Under the pieces are notes generated by a model, which saw only the letters and a program-made list of their open reading frames with translations, searched no databases and had not been told where the DNA came from. Shown here in pieces: positions 9,470-19,167 of a DNA stretch of 64,000 nucleotides (position 1 is the first letter of the stretch; each line of letters begins with the position of its first letter). Location: NCBI GenBank assembly GCA_964474825.1, contig CAYYWQ010000001.1:1033606-1097605 (forward strand), given 5' to 3'. A program made the translations under genes and the position numbers. Source of the stretch: an uncultured Candidatus Saccharibacteria bacterium. GTDB taxonomy: Bacteria; Patescibacteriota; Doudnabacteria; UBA920.

Positions 9470-10026
9470 ATTTTTTCATTCTCCCTTCCTTCTTTAGCAA
9501 AGTTGGAATTTTTTTCGTAAAGATCCAGTATAACTCTTTCTATTTCCGCGGGGTTAGGGACGTCAGAAAATTCAAAGCGTTCCACCTTACCCGCGGTTTG
9601 CACAAAAACATCGCCGTAGTTAAAAATTGTTCCAAAAATTCCCGTGGTTTCGCTGGTGACATCTTCTATTTTGTCTATGTGTAGTTCGGAAATGGTGTGG
9701 TTAAACAGTCCGACCTGGTCAATGTCCACAATGCGGATATTGGTAATAATTTGAATGTTTAAATAATAGAAAACAAAAATTAAAAACAAACTTAAGGAAA
9801 GGAACATCGTATAAACCTGGGTGAATAAATGTGTTATGTCGCCGGCGCTGTCCACAAACAAGTCCGGGGCGTAGCGGGGCATGTAATGGTTAAACAACAA
9901 CAGGGCCGCGGTAAAAAAAATCCAAACCAAAATTTTTAGGAAAAAATGAAACCAATGCTCGCGCACCACCAAATAAATGGTTTCTTCTTCTAGCTGGCTG
10001 GGAAAAAGTTTGTGAAATGAAGGCAT
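9466..10026 (-). CDS. Membrane protein with bacterial PH (bPH_2-like) domain
   Basis: Two TMs then IITNIRIVDIDQVGLF...KIEDV...IFNYGDVFVQTAG. Confidence 0.75.
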   Translation of the reverse strand: MPSFHKLFPSQLEEETIYLVVREHWFHFFLKILVWIFFTAALLLFNHYMPRYAPDLFVDSAGDITHLFTQVYTMFLSLSLFLIFVFYYLNIQIITNIRIVDIDQVGLFNHTISELHIDKIEDVTSETTGIFGTIFNYGDVFVQTAGKVERFEFSDVPNPAEIERVILDLYEKNSNFAKEGRENEKI

Positions 10027-10054
10027 AAATTATAACGGACAAAAGTGGTAAAAG

Positions 10055-10267
10055 TTACTGCAAAATAGACTGCAATGTTTGGTAGGATGTGCCAAGAATG
10101 GACAAAAAAATAAAAGCGTAGAACACGCTAATGCTAAAAGAGAGTAAAGTGGATTTGCCGTAGCGAATAAGGACGTAAACGCCAAAAATAGAAAACAGGC
10201 TCAGGATGCCAACAATAATATAGTATATGGAAGCAATAAGCAGGTTTAAGGGTTCCGAAAGATTCAT
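10055..10267 (-). CDS. Small two-TM hypothetical membrane protein
   Basis: 70 aa hydrophobic ORF co-oriented between ruvB and the PH gene. Confidence 0.7.
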   Translation of the reverse strand: MNLSEPLNLLIASIYYIIVGILSLFSIFGVYVLIRYGKSTLLSFSISVFYAFIFLSILGTSYQTLQSILQ

Positions 10268-10271
10268 AAAA

Positions 10272-11321
10272 TCAAATTAACTTTTGTTGGATAGACGCGG
10301 GCATAGAGGCTCCGAGATGTTTATAGCCTGCTTCTGTTGCTTGTCTGCCTTTGGGGGTTTTAGTAATTAATCCTAAGCGGATTAAAAACGGTTCGTGAAC
10401 GTCTGTGATAGTGTCTTCTTCTTCGCCTGTGGCCGCGGCAAGAGTGGTAAGGCCCACCGGCTGCCCGTTAAACTTATGAATCAAAGTTTCCAAAATTCTG
10501 CGATCGTTTTTGTCCAAGCCAAGCTCGTCCACCTCCATTAATTCCAAGGCTTTGGCCACAACTTCTTTGTTAATTGTATCATGGTCGTGGACCTGGGCAA
10601 AGTCCCTTGTGCGCTTAAGAAGGCGGTTAGCAATGCGCGGAGTAAAGCGGCTGCGGACAGAAAGAAGGGCCGCGCCTTCGTGGTCAATTTTGGCGTTAAG
10701 AATTTTAGCAGAGCGCACAATAATTTTTTCCAACTCCTCCGCCGTGTAATATTCCAGCCTATATGTAGCGCCAAAGCGGTCGCGTAGCGGGGAGGAAATA
10801 AGTCCCATTCTTGTGGTTGCGCCAATTAAAGTAAATTTTGGTAAGTCCATTCTAATGCTTCGGGCGCCTGGGCCTTTACCTAAAATAATATCCAGCGCGA
10901 AATCTTCCATGGCAGGATATAAAACTTCTTCCACAACTTTGTTTAAGCGGTGAATTTCGTCTATAAATAACACATCACCCTGGTTTAAATTGGTAAGGAG
11001 AGACGCCAGGTCCCCGGCGCGTTCAATGGCAGGACCCGAAGTAACGCGAATATTAACTCCCATTTCCTTGGCAATAATAAAAGACAGGGTGGTTTTGCCT
11101 AAGCCCGGCGGGCCGTAGAACATTAAGTGCTCTAAAATTTCCCCGCGCTGTTTGGAAGCTTCCATAATAATCCCAAGGTTTTTTTTCACTGATTCCTGAC
11201 CCACATATTCACCCAAAACAGCCGGCCGTAAATTTTGGTCCAGGCCCTTTTCGTCTTCGTCCACAACGGCTGCGTCCAGCGGAGCCGCTATATCACTTTC
11301 TTCTTTGTTAGACTGTATCAT
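10272..11321 (-). CDS. ruvB: Holliday junction helicase RuvB
   Basis: [47 protein letters not shown]. Confidence 0.99.
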   Translation of the reverse strand: MIQSNKEESDIAAPLDAAVVDEDEKGLDQNLRPAVLGEYVGQESVKKNLGIIMEASKQRGEILEHLMFYGPPGLGKTTLSFIIAKEMGVNIRVTSGPAIERAGDLASLLTNLNQGDVLFIDEIHRLNKVVEEVLYPAMEDFALDIILGKGPGARSIRMDLPKFTLIGATTRMGLISSPLRDRFGATYRLEYYTAEELEKIIVRSAKILNAKIDHEGAALLSVRSRFTPRIANRLLKRTRDFAQVHDHDTINKEVVAKALELMEVDELGLDKNDRRILETLIHKFNGQPVGLTTLAAATGEEEDTITDVHEPFLIRLGLITKTPKGRQATEAGYKHLGASMPASIQQKLI

Positions 11322-11350
11322 ATTACTATAATACTATATTTTTCTGCGCG

Positions 11351-11379
11351 TTGACAGGTGGCCGAAAACGGCACATACT
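11351..11379 (+). promoter_or_regulatory. sigma70-type promoter
   Basis: TTGACA-17 nt-CATACT. Confidence 0.55.
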
Positions 11380-11405
11380 AAAGACCAGATTATTAAGTTT
11401 TTGAT

Positions 11406-12290
11406 ATGAAAAAACTATTTATATTTGCTACGGTTTTGCTTTTGGCAGCCGCATGCAACAGCTCAAAGCCTGTGGTTAATCCTCCGGCCCCAACCCCGTC
11501 TGACACCGCTTCAAATTGGAAAACTTATACAAATGCTAAGTATGGGTTTGAGGTAAAGTATCCGGCGGCCTGGGGTGTTATTAGTAATACTGAAGCAGGG
11601 GCGAATATTGGAGACCCGGCCAATCCCGACACAGCAAGAATGTCTGTTTTTGTGGAAACAGAAGACCCCGAAGCAAAAATTTTAGACACATATGGAATTG
11701 CTAATTCCGAGGCGTATGTTTTTCAAGGCGTTGAAGGCAAAAAACTTACCGGTGAAAGCGGAGTTACGGGCAAGCCGGTTAATGTTTTGGTTGTAAAAAA
11801 AGGCAACTTATATTATGAAATAAGCACTCCCCCGGAAATATTTGAACAGGTGCTCGCAGGTTTTATGTTTGGGCCGCAAGCAGTAGAATACAAGAATACT
11901 CAGTATGGTTTTACTTTTTCTTTGCCGGCAAGCTGGCAAGGGTATTCGATTTTTACACAGACCAGCGGCGGCTGGAGTTGGCAGGCTCACGACGTCAACG
12001 ATTCGCAAAAGATCGTTGCCAAAGGTCCTGCCTTAGTTATTCGCAACCCTAACTGGACCGTGCAAAAACCCTACCAGGATATTCCAGTCCTTATTTTTAC
12101 CATTCAACAATGGAGCGATATCCAAAGTGAAAAGATTTTATACAGTACAGCAGCGCCTATGTTGCCCAGCGAACTGGGTCGAAACACCAGATATGTTTTT
12201 GCCTTGCCCGCCCGTTATAATTTTGCGGATGCCGATGGTATACGGGAAGTGGATGACATTATTCAAAGTCACCCTTTAAAAGGGTTTTAA
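11406..12290 (+). CDS. Lipoprotein with two PsbP-like repeats
   Basis: Lipobox LLAAAC; repeats WKTYTNAKYGFEVKYP and EYKNTQYGFTFSLP. Confidence 0.7.
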   Translation: MKKLFIFATVLLLAAACNSSKPVVNPPAPTPSDTASNWKTYTNAKYGFEVKYPAAWGVISNTEAGANIGDPANPDTARMSVFVETEDPEAKILDTYGIANSEAYVFQGVEGKKLTGESGVTGKPVNVLVVKKGNLYYEISTPPEIFEQVLAGFMFGPQAVEYKNTQYGFTFSLPASWQGYSIFTQTSGGWSWQAHDVNDSQKIVAKGPALVIRNPNWTVQKPYQDIPVLIFTIQQWSDIQSEKILYSTAAPMLPSELGRNTRYVFALPARYNFADADGIREVDDIIQSHPLKGF

Positions 12291-12299
12291 AAGGAATAA

Positions 12300-12333
12300 A
12301 AAAATCCCTCTCGTCATGGCGAGAGGGATTTTT
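12300..12333. terminator. Bidirectional intrinsic terminator
   Basis: AAAAATCCCTCTCG...CGAGAGGGATTTTT. Confidence 0.85.
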
Positions 12334-12337
12334 AGTT

Positions 12338-13567
12338 TTAATTTGTTTTTGGAATTTGTAATCCGCTGCTTGGCGTGCCGGTGGCGCTGACAAAGCTTTC
12401 GGTTTTGTGGTAAAGCGCTGGGGATTGGTAGACAGATTTAAAAACATCTGTTTTAGTTTGGCCGTTGTTGGTAACTTCTCGCGTCCAGGTGGCCTTCATG
12501 GAGCCGTCTGTTTGGCGGTCGTAAACTACGGGTTTTTCTAAGGTGACCTGACGGCTGTCTTTAGTGCCGTAAAAATCAAATATTAGAGTGTTCTTGTCTT
12601 TTAGGTACGGCCAAATTAAAATTGCGGCAGGAGTATTGTTTGTAAATTTTAAATCCACAATGCCTGGGTAAATGGTGGCGTCTGTGCCTTGGGGCGCGTA
12701 ATACTGTACCGCATAAGCGTGGTTGCGGCGTTCTGTAATTGGAAGTCCTGCAGCCATGGCCGCACGGAATGTAGTGGAAGAAACCTGACAAAGGCCGCCG
12801 CCAAATTCCGGCACAGTACCGGTTTTTTTTATTACTAGCTCGGGCAGGAAGCCATGTTCGCCGTCCACATCGCCCAGGTTGTCGTTAAAGCTAAAGGTTC
12901 CGCCTTGGGGCACGATTATCCCTTTCATTTTTTCCACGCCCACGGCAATGTTGTGGCGGCGGTTGTTGGGGCTGCCCGCAAACCCGGAAACCCCCTGAGC
13001 CACCAGTTCGGTGATCCCTAAGTTATTTGTGTCAGCCAAATTTTTGGTTGGCCTGACTTCGTTTACCGCAAGTTCGGCTTTGGTTTGGCGAGCCTCCAAA
13101 GCATTTAAAACATTAAAAGTGCTAGCATAAACATTCAGGCTTAGGCCGGTTTGCGGCGGTGTGAATTTGGTGACGCGTCCGTTCTCTATAATAAGCTCGG
13201 GCTCAACCATGGTTTGGTTGGTGGTGCTGGCAATGGTTGTTTGCAAATATGAATAGATTTTGTCGGGTGAGAAATGGTAAATTTGGAATGCCTGGGGCTC
13301 GGGGCTTGAGGGCAGTCCCAGCCAGGAGCCGATTTGCAGAGGCAGGGAGTTTGGTGATTCCTGCAGCGGGGAAAATTTGGGCCAGGCATTTAAACCCTGC
13401 CAGCCAGTAACTGTGTCGGCATCCACAGTAAAAGTTTTGTCGTCCACTGTTAAAGTAAGCGGCTTGTTGTCATAGTCAAAACCCCGCGGCTGGACTTGCG
13501 CGTGGGAGGCTGGGGCAATTACCAGTGAGCTGATAATTAGTAAAAAAAATAGTAATAGTTTTTTCAT
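12338..13567 (-). CDS. VanW family exported protein
   Basis: Signal peptide MKKLLLFF (ATG13567); RRHNI, FSFN, GGGLCQVSSTTFRAA, ERRNH, GTDATIY, DLKFTNNT. Confidence 0.9.
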   Translation of the reverse strand: MKKLLLFFLLIISSLVIAPASHAQVQPRGFDYDNKPLTLTVDDKTFTVDADTVTGWQGLNAWPKFSPLQESPNSLPLQIGSWLGLPSSPEPQAFQIYHFSPDKIYSYLQTTIASTTNQTMVEPELIIENGRVTKFTPPQTGLSLNVYASTFNVLNALEARQTKAELAVNEVRPTKNLADTNNLGITELVAQGVSGFAGSPNNRRHNIAVGVEKMKGIIVPQGGTFSFNDNLGDVDGEHGFLPELVIKKTGTVPEFGGGLCQVSSTTFRAAMAAGLPITERRNHAYAVQYYAPQGTDATIYPGIVDLKFTNNTPAAILIWPYLKDKNTLIFDFYGTKDSRQVTLEKPVVYDRQTDGSMKATWTREVTNNGQTKTDVFKSVYQSPALYHKTESFVSATGTPSSGLQIPKTN

Positions 13568-13574
13568 TCGGATC

Positions 13575-13970
13575 CTAATGTTCAAAATAAATAAAGCTGG
13601 TTTTTTTGGGTAAATGTTTTTTAACTTTGTCCGCCCATTCAATTACCGTTATGGTTTTGGGCTTTCCCCATAATTCGGTAATTCCTAAAGCTTTTACTTC
13701 TCTAAAATTTTTAGCCCTATAAAGGTCTAAGTGATAAACAATCATGGGTCTGCTTTTGGTCCCGGCCGGGAAGACATTCATTAAGTTAAACGTCGGGCTG
13801 GTGATTTTGTTCCTGATTTTTAAAGCTTTGCCCAAACTTTGCGTAAAAGTGGTCTTTCCGCTGCCCAAAGGCCCGACTAAAGCTAACACTTCTCCGCCTT
13901 TGAGTTGCCCGGCAATTTCTTTCGCAGTTGTTTTTACTGCGGATAATTTAATGAGTTGGGACTTAATCAT
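13575..13970 (-). CDS. tsaE: tRNA t6A biosynthesis ATPase TsaE
   Basis: GPLGSGKTTF, ITSPTF, HLDLYR, VIEWAD. Confidence 0.95.
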   Translation of the reverse strand: MIKSQLIKLSAVKTTAKEIAGQLKGGEVLALVGPLGSGKTTFTQSLGKALKIRNKITSPTFNLMNVFPAGTKSRPMIVYHLDLYRAKNFREVKALGITELWGKPKTITVIEWADKVKKHLPKKTSFIYFEH

Positions 13971-14121
13971 AATAGGATTTTAGCATCAATTGACCGAAAT
14001 GGTAAAATCCGATATACTAATCAATCGTACTGATTCTTTGTTAAATAAAATACACCAAAGTTACGAAAGTTTTTAATGTTAGGGTTAGTATTTTTAGTAT
14101 AATTTAGTATTTAGTAGAAGT

Positions 14122-15288
14122 ATGGAAATGTCCGTTCGCCAACAAATTTTTGACCAGCTGCGTAAGAGCGAGAAAATTCTTATTGCCTTGCCGGAAAAAC
14201 TTACAGCCGACAGTCTTTCTGCCGGCCTGGCTTTGCAGTTGTTTTTGCGTAAATTACAAAAAGAAGCTGTGGTGGCCAGTAGCGGCAGTTTGCCGGAAAA
14301 CCTGCGGTTTTTGCCCGGAGCCGATGGGATTAAGTCTAGTATTGGCAGTGGCAGCGGCCTTGTAGTAACGGTAGATGCTACTATAAAAAAACTGGAAGAA
14401 ATAAGCTACCACACCACGGACGACAAAGTCCATATTTATTTAAAATCTAAAAACCAGCCGTTTACTCCGCAAGACTTGAGTTTTACAGAAGACAAGTTGC
14501 CACTGGATTTAATAGTTGTTTTAGAAGCCCAGTCTTTGGAAAGTCTTGGCGCGCTGTTTCGTGACCATGCGGATTTGTTTTACCAAACTCCAAAAATTAA
14601 TATTGACCACAAAGCCGGCAACGAACTTTTTGGCGCTGTTAATTTGGTGGAACTGGCCGCAACTTCTATTGGCGAAATTTTAGCCGGGCTTTTGGAAGAG
14701 TTTGAACAGGGTCTCATAGACGAAGATATTGCCACCTGTCTCTTGGCAGGAATTATTACCAAGACACGCAGTTTCCAGCAGGCCCAAACTACGCCGGAGG
14801 CATTTTTAAAAGCCTCGCGTTTAATTGGCGCTGGCGGCAGGCAACAGGAAATAATTAAAAATATTTATAAAACCAAGTCTTTGGCCTTACTGAAACTTTG
14901 GGGCCGATGTTTGGCTCGTTTAAAAACAGTGGGTGATTTATCTTTAGTTTATTCTTCCCTAAATGCTGGGGACTTTGAAAAGTCCGAAGCTTCGGGCGAG
15001 GAAATTTTGCCTGCCTTAAAAGAATTGTTAGACAATTTGTCCGGGTACCAAGTAGCAGGGATTTTTGCGGAGCAGGTTCAAGGCGTCGTGCGTTTGGTGT
15101 TAGCAATTTATTCCACATTGCCGCTGGAAAAAATAACAGAAGCCTTAGAAATTAAAACCAAACCAGTAACAGAACTGGGACAATACCAAATTTTTGAAGT
15201 TGAGTGGAAGGACTTAAGTTTGGCAGAAGCTGAACAGCGACTGCTTTTTGCCCTACAGCCGCTCAAAACTTTTTTGGGTTCAGTTTAA
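14122..15288 (+). CDS. DHH-family (NrnA-like) phosphoesterase homologue, degenerate motifs
   Basis: Overall NrnA-like pattern, INIDHK..NELFG, ATCLLAGIITKT.SF. Confidence 0.75.
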   Translation: MEMSVRQQIFDQLRKSEKILIALPEKLTADSLSAGLALQLFLRKLQKEAVVASSGSLPENLRFLPGADGIKSSIGSGSGLVVTVDATIKKLEEISYHTTDDKVHIYLKSKNQPFTPQDLSFTEDKLPLDLIVVLEAQSLESLGALFRDHADLFYQTPKINIDHKAGNELFGAVNLVELAATSIGEILAGLLEEFEQGLIDEDIATCLLAGIITKTRSFQQAQTTPEAFLKASRLIGAGGRQQEIIKNIYKTKSLALLKLWGRCLARLKTVGDLSLVYSSLNAGDFEKSEASGEEILPALKELLDNLSGYQVAGIFAEQVQGVVRLVLAIYSTLPLEKITEALEIKTKPVTELGQYQIFEVEWKDLSLAEAEQRLLFALQPLKTFLGSV

Positions 15289-15379
15289 GGATTTTAAGGA
15301 AGAAGTTTCTAAGCTCTTTGGAAATTTTTTCTTTCAAATCCGCAAGTAGTACAGTGCGGAGAAGGAAGGAGGAGAAGGA

Positions 15380-15889
15380 ATGGAAGCTGAAATTACTCTG
15401 GCAAAGGCAATACATTGGTCAGGGGCGGAAAAGGTAATGGCCCGGTTGGCATGCGAGTTGGTTGCCCGCGATATCCAGGTTGAAACCCTGGGATCAGAGA
15501 TGTCGGCCCTGCGCGCAGAATTGTTGAGGTTGCAGGAGATAAAGCGGGGGCATGAAAGCGAATTGTTGGAAGTCGGGAAGCGCAATTCTGCTCTGGGCCA
15601 GCAGCTCGTGGAAGCACACGCGCAGATTGCGTCTCTCCTGCAGGCTGTAGACTTGTGGAAGTCGCAGCTCACAACTTTGTCGGACCGGAGGTTTGTCTTA
15701 TACGGTTTGTTGGAGGACAAAAATCCGATCTGGAAAACCCGCACAATTTCGTCTAAGGTCATCCGTGACCTATTGCTCGTAATTATGGACACCGGCGCCA
15801 CGCCCCAGGCAGTGTCCGATGCCAAAACTCAGTTCCTGCGGCTCGCGGCGGCCAAGAAGCCGCGCGGCCGCAAAAGCCGCAAGTCCTAG
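15380..15889 (+). CDS. Hypothetical coiled-coil protein, GC-rich, basic C-tail
   Basis: Strong purine-rich SD (GGAGGAG) upstream; heptad pattern; downstream hairpin with T-tract. Confidence 0.7.
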   Translation: MEAEITLAKAIHWSGAEKVMARLACELVARDIQVETLGSEMSALRAELLRLQEIKRGHESELLEVGKRNSALGQQLVEAHAQIASLLQAVDLWKSQLTTLSDRRFVLYGLLEDKNPIWKTRTISSKVIRDLLLVIMDTGATPQAVSDAKTQFLRLAAAKKPRGRKSRKS

Positions 15890-16012
15890 TTTCGTCGAGG
15901 TTCCTATGGAATCTCCTATCAGCCGGCGCCGCCCACCAGGGACGACGCCGGTATTTTGTTGGCGAAATTATGTTATAATTACTAAAGACAAATCAAATAT
16001 CCAGAAACAAAA

Positions 16013-17668
16013 ATGAGTAAGAATTTTTTAGCTAGCACGCCAAAACAACTGCAGGAAGCGCTGGACGATGTTAACCGCAAAATGGCGGAGGAAGAAACGC
16101 AGGCCAAGGCCGGATCCCTTGGCTTGCCTTATATTGATTTGCATAATTTCCCTGTGGATTTAATAATTTTGGGCATGTTTACCGAAGAAGAGGCTAAGGA
16201 AATAGGCGCGGTGCCTTTCTATAAAGAAGGGAAAGATTTACGTTTGGGTGTTACGAATCCGGACCACCCGCTTCTTTTGGAAAAAATTAATGAGTTTAAA
16301 AAAGAGGGCAACAAGATTACCTTGTACATGATTTCCAAACGCAGCCTGGCTCAGGCTATGCGTTTTTACAGTAAAGTTCTTCGCCCCAAAGCCGCGCATG
16401 AGGAAGCCGTTAGGGTTGGTGAAGGCCGGGATTTTGTAGAGGAGATAAAAATACTTCAAGCAGAGGAAGAGCAAAAGAAAAAAACAGCCAGCGAGCTCAT
16501 GGAAGTAATGTTTGGCGGCGGACTTTTTTACAAAGCTTCAGACATTCATTTGGAACCAGAAGAACATTTTGTTAAACTTCGCTTCCGTGTGGACGGAGTC
16601 TTGCAAGACGTTTTACATATTAGCAAAGACTTGCAGCGCTCTTTAGTTACCCGCATAAAAATTTTGGCGCAAATGAAATTAAACGTGGAGAACGTTCCCC
16701 AGGACGGGCGTATTACTTTTTACTATTTGGACAAACCCATAGACGTCCGTGTTTCTGTGTTGCCTAGTGCATACGGCGAGGAAATAGTTATGAGACTTTT
16801 AGGGACTGGTGCCGTAGAACTTCATTTGAAAGATTTGGGTTTCCGGCAGCAGCATCAGGACGCGGTGCATAGAATTTTAAACAAGCCTAACGGCGCAATT
16901 ATTACTACTGGCCCCACGGGCAGCGGAAAAACCACAACGCTTTATGCTTTTTTAAATGAACTCAATGAGCCAGGCGTAAAAATTATTACTTTAGAAGACC
17001 CGGTGGAATATAAACTGGAGGGGATAGTGCAAACGCCAATAGACCACACAGCAGATTTTGATTTTGCCAAAGGCCTTAGAGCAATTCTGCGGCAAGACCC
17101 GGACGTAGTTATGATTGGTGAAATCCGCGACCAGGAAACTGCTGAGGTGGCGCTTCAGGCCGCTCTTACCGGACACACGGTGCTTTCTACTTTGCATACT
17201 AACGACGCGGCTGGTGCCATTCCTCGTTTAATAAATATGGGAGTAAAACCTTTTATAATCGGCCCCGCGCTTTCTGCCGTGTTGGCCCAGCGTTTGGTGC
17301 GCCGCTTATGCCAAGACTGCAAAACAAAAACAGCGCTTGCTCCAACTGTAATGGAAAAAATAAATTATGTGTTAAAGCAATTACCCAAGGCTTCAGGAAT
17401 TGAATTGCCAAAAGAAATGCAATTCTATCACAGCCCGGGCTGCGAACAGTGTCACAAGCTCGGCTACAAAGGCCGCTTGGGCATATACGAAATTTTGGAA
17501 GTTACAGACGCAGTCCAAAAGTTGGTTATGAAAGAATCTTCCATGTCGGAGTTTAAGGAAGAGGGTATAAAGCAGGGAATGATAACTATGCTGCAAGATG
17601 GATTACTAAAAGCGTTAGATGGTTTAACAGATGTAGAAGAAGTGTTTAGGGTTGCGGGGGAGGGATAA
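16013..17668 (+). CDS. Type IV pilus/T2SS assembly ATPase (PilB/GspE family)
   Basis: ASDIHLEP, RFRVDG, PQDGR, GPTGSGKTTTLY, LRQDPDVVMIGEIRD, STLHTND, CxxC pairs. Confidence 0.95.
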   Translation: MSKNFLASTPKQLQEALDDVNRKMAEEETQAKAGSLGLPYIDLHNFPVDLIILGMFTEEEAKEIGAVPFYKEGKDLRLGVTNPDHPLLLEKINEFKKEGNKITLYMISKRSLAQAMRFYSKVLRPKAAHEEAVRVGEGRDFVEEIKILQAEEEQKKKTASELMEVMFGGGLFYKASDIHLEPEEHFVKLRFRVDGVLQDVLHISKDLQRSLVTRIKILAQMKLNVENVPQDGRITFYYLDKPIDVRVSVLPSAYGEEIVMRLLGTGAVELHLKDLGFRQQHQDAVHRILNKPNGAIITTGPTGSGKTTTLYAFLNELNEPGVKIITLEDPVEYKLEGIVQTPIDHTADFDFAKGLRAILRQDPDVVMIGEIRDQETAEVALQAALTGHTVLSTLHTNDAAGAIPRLINMGVKPFIIGPALSAVLAQRLVRRLCQDCKTKTALAPTVMEKINYVLKQLPKASGIELPKEMQFYHSPGCEQCHKLGYKGRLGIYEILEVTDAVQKLVMKESSMSEFKEEGIKQGMITMLQDGLLKALDGLTDVEEVFRVAGEG

Positions 17669-17699
17669 AAGAGTAATAAAGTTCGTAAAGTTAAAAAGT

Positions 17700-17727
17700 A
17701 AAAACCGCTTGTTTAGGCGGTTTTTTT
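17700..17727 (+). terminator. Intrinsic terminator
   Basis: AAAAACCGC-TTGTTTAG-GCGGTTTTTTT. Confidence 0.8.
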
Positions 17728-17738
17728 AATTGGGAGGG

Positions 17739-17767
17739 TTGACAATTAGATTGAAATAATGTATAAT
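17739..17767 (+). promoter_or_regulatory. Consensus sigma70 promoter
   Basis: TTGACA-17 nt-TATAAT, perfect match. Confidence 0.85.
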
Positions 17768-17992
17768 TGCGGGTCATAATCCAAAATTGTGGGTTGTGCA
17801 TTTTTTGGTCTTTAAAAGTCTTTAGGAGGATTTTTTAAGGACCCTGAACCAGTCAGCGAAAGCTTCCGGTTTAGGGCAAGGAAGAAATTATATTCCCTGG
17901 GCAGGTTTGGCTATTATTTTAGTACCCAATCCCGCCCAGGGAACAGTCGCGAAGTTCCTTGGTTGTTGTTATCTCACGTTCAAAGGATCCAG

Positions 17993-19030
17993 ATGAAAAA
18001 TTTACTGAAGTTCGGTTTGCTGTGGCTCACGTTCACCACAGTCGTTTTTTCACAGAACAACATCCAGCCAGCCGGGGGCAGTGATTCCCAGCCGAAGGGC
18101 TGCAACGGGACGGTAATGTATGTTACGGAGATCCAATCGCAGACAGTGTATCAAGTCTGCATTGAGAAGAACGGGACGCGTTTCCGTTCTGTTGGGTACT
18201 CCGGCTATTCTTATCGGCTGGCCCTGACGAATGACGAACAGGTCGCCGCCTACGAAGCGACCGGACGATTGTTCCGTTACTGGACGGGCGTCTTCCAGGG
18301 ACAGCACTATCTCCCGGGGAACGGCCGCATTACCCAGCTCGAAGGCAACACCATCTCGTTCGAGTATCCCAATGCCGCACCCCGCACTTTCGCCCTGTAC
18401 TACGACGGCGAATTTTCCACGTTCCGGACAGGTCCTATTACCGGCTTTCCGAAGCCTACCCAGAATTGCCTCAGAGCTGTCGACAACGGCGGCTACTGGT
18501 GTCTGATGCCAGACCGCAAGCTGTTGTTTTGGCAGCGTGGGTTCGCCGGGTTCAACACGCTGGAAGGGGCCCGGGTGGTTGCTGAGGGGGTGGGAGGGTT
18601 GGTCTCATTGGAGTTGGGTTCCGTGCTCTACACGACCGTTAACGAACTCAATTGCGGCGTACCTAGCTCCAGGCCCCAGCCTTGCAGGTTGCAGAAGCCG
18701 GCCCAGATAATTCGGGCAAGCTTCAACTACGGCAGCTTGCAGTTCGACCGCAAAACTTTGGGGTCGGGGTATATAAACGACAACCCCTACTCCGATGGAC
18801 TTGCGGTGTCGGACGGCAACCTGTACTACATTGACTACGACCCCTCCATCGGATCCCGCATCATTCAGTTCGACCTGAAGACCAACCGGTCCAGGGTTGT
18901 TCTGGACGGCAACCTGTTCAGGCTTCGCCGTGATGATGGTACGCGCATTATGCCGGGGTTTGGCGCACTTGTTGTTGCGCCGAATCTCAATCCGGCGATG
19001 GCCGCGCCTGCCCTTCCGACCGTTCGGTAG
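17993..19030 (+). CDS. Secreted beta-rich (possibly propeller) hypothetical protein, GC-rich
   Basis: Signal peptide MKNLLKFGLLWLTFTTVVFSQ; paired Cys; DGLAVSDGNLYYIDY blade-like segment. Confidence 0.7.
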   Translation: MKNLLKFGLLWLTFTTVVFSQNNIQPAGGSDSQPKGCNGTVMYVTEIQSQTVYQVCIEKNGTRFRSVGYSGYSYRLALTNDEQVAAYEATGRLFRYWTGVFQGQHYLPGNGRITQLEGNTISFEYPNAAPRTFALYYDGEFSTFRTGPITGFPKPTQNCLRAVDNGGYWCLMPDRKLLFWQRGFAGFNTLEGARVVAEGVGGLVSLELGSVLYTTVNELNCGVPSSRPQPCRLQKPAQIIRASFNYGSLQFDRKTLGSGYINDNPYSDGLAVSDGNLYYIDYDPSIGSRIIQFDLKTNRSRVVLDGNLFRLRRDDGTRIMPGFGALVVAPNLNPAMAAPALPTVR

Positions 19031-19167
19031 TTTCTTCTCCCAGCCCGACTCCATCAAACATTTTTCGTGTAGAGTCGGGGCCGTTCTCGGCGGTTTTCTC
19101 GAGGTGCAGGCAATCCAAGTGGTTGCCTGCGTTTTTTTATTGTCATAAATAGTTTATAATACTGAAT

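Noticed and set aside
15334-15825. 163-aa minus-strand ORF
   Set aside because: Shadow of the SD-led plus-strand coiled-coil gene.
17850-17880. GCGAAAGCTTCCGGTTTA resembles part of a c-di-GMP-I riboswitch
   Set aside because: The upstream GGCAAA-stem-GNRA element and the downstream closing strand are absent.
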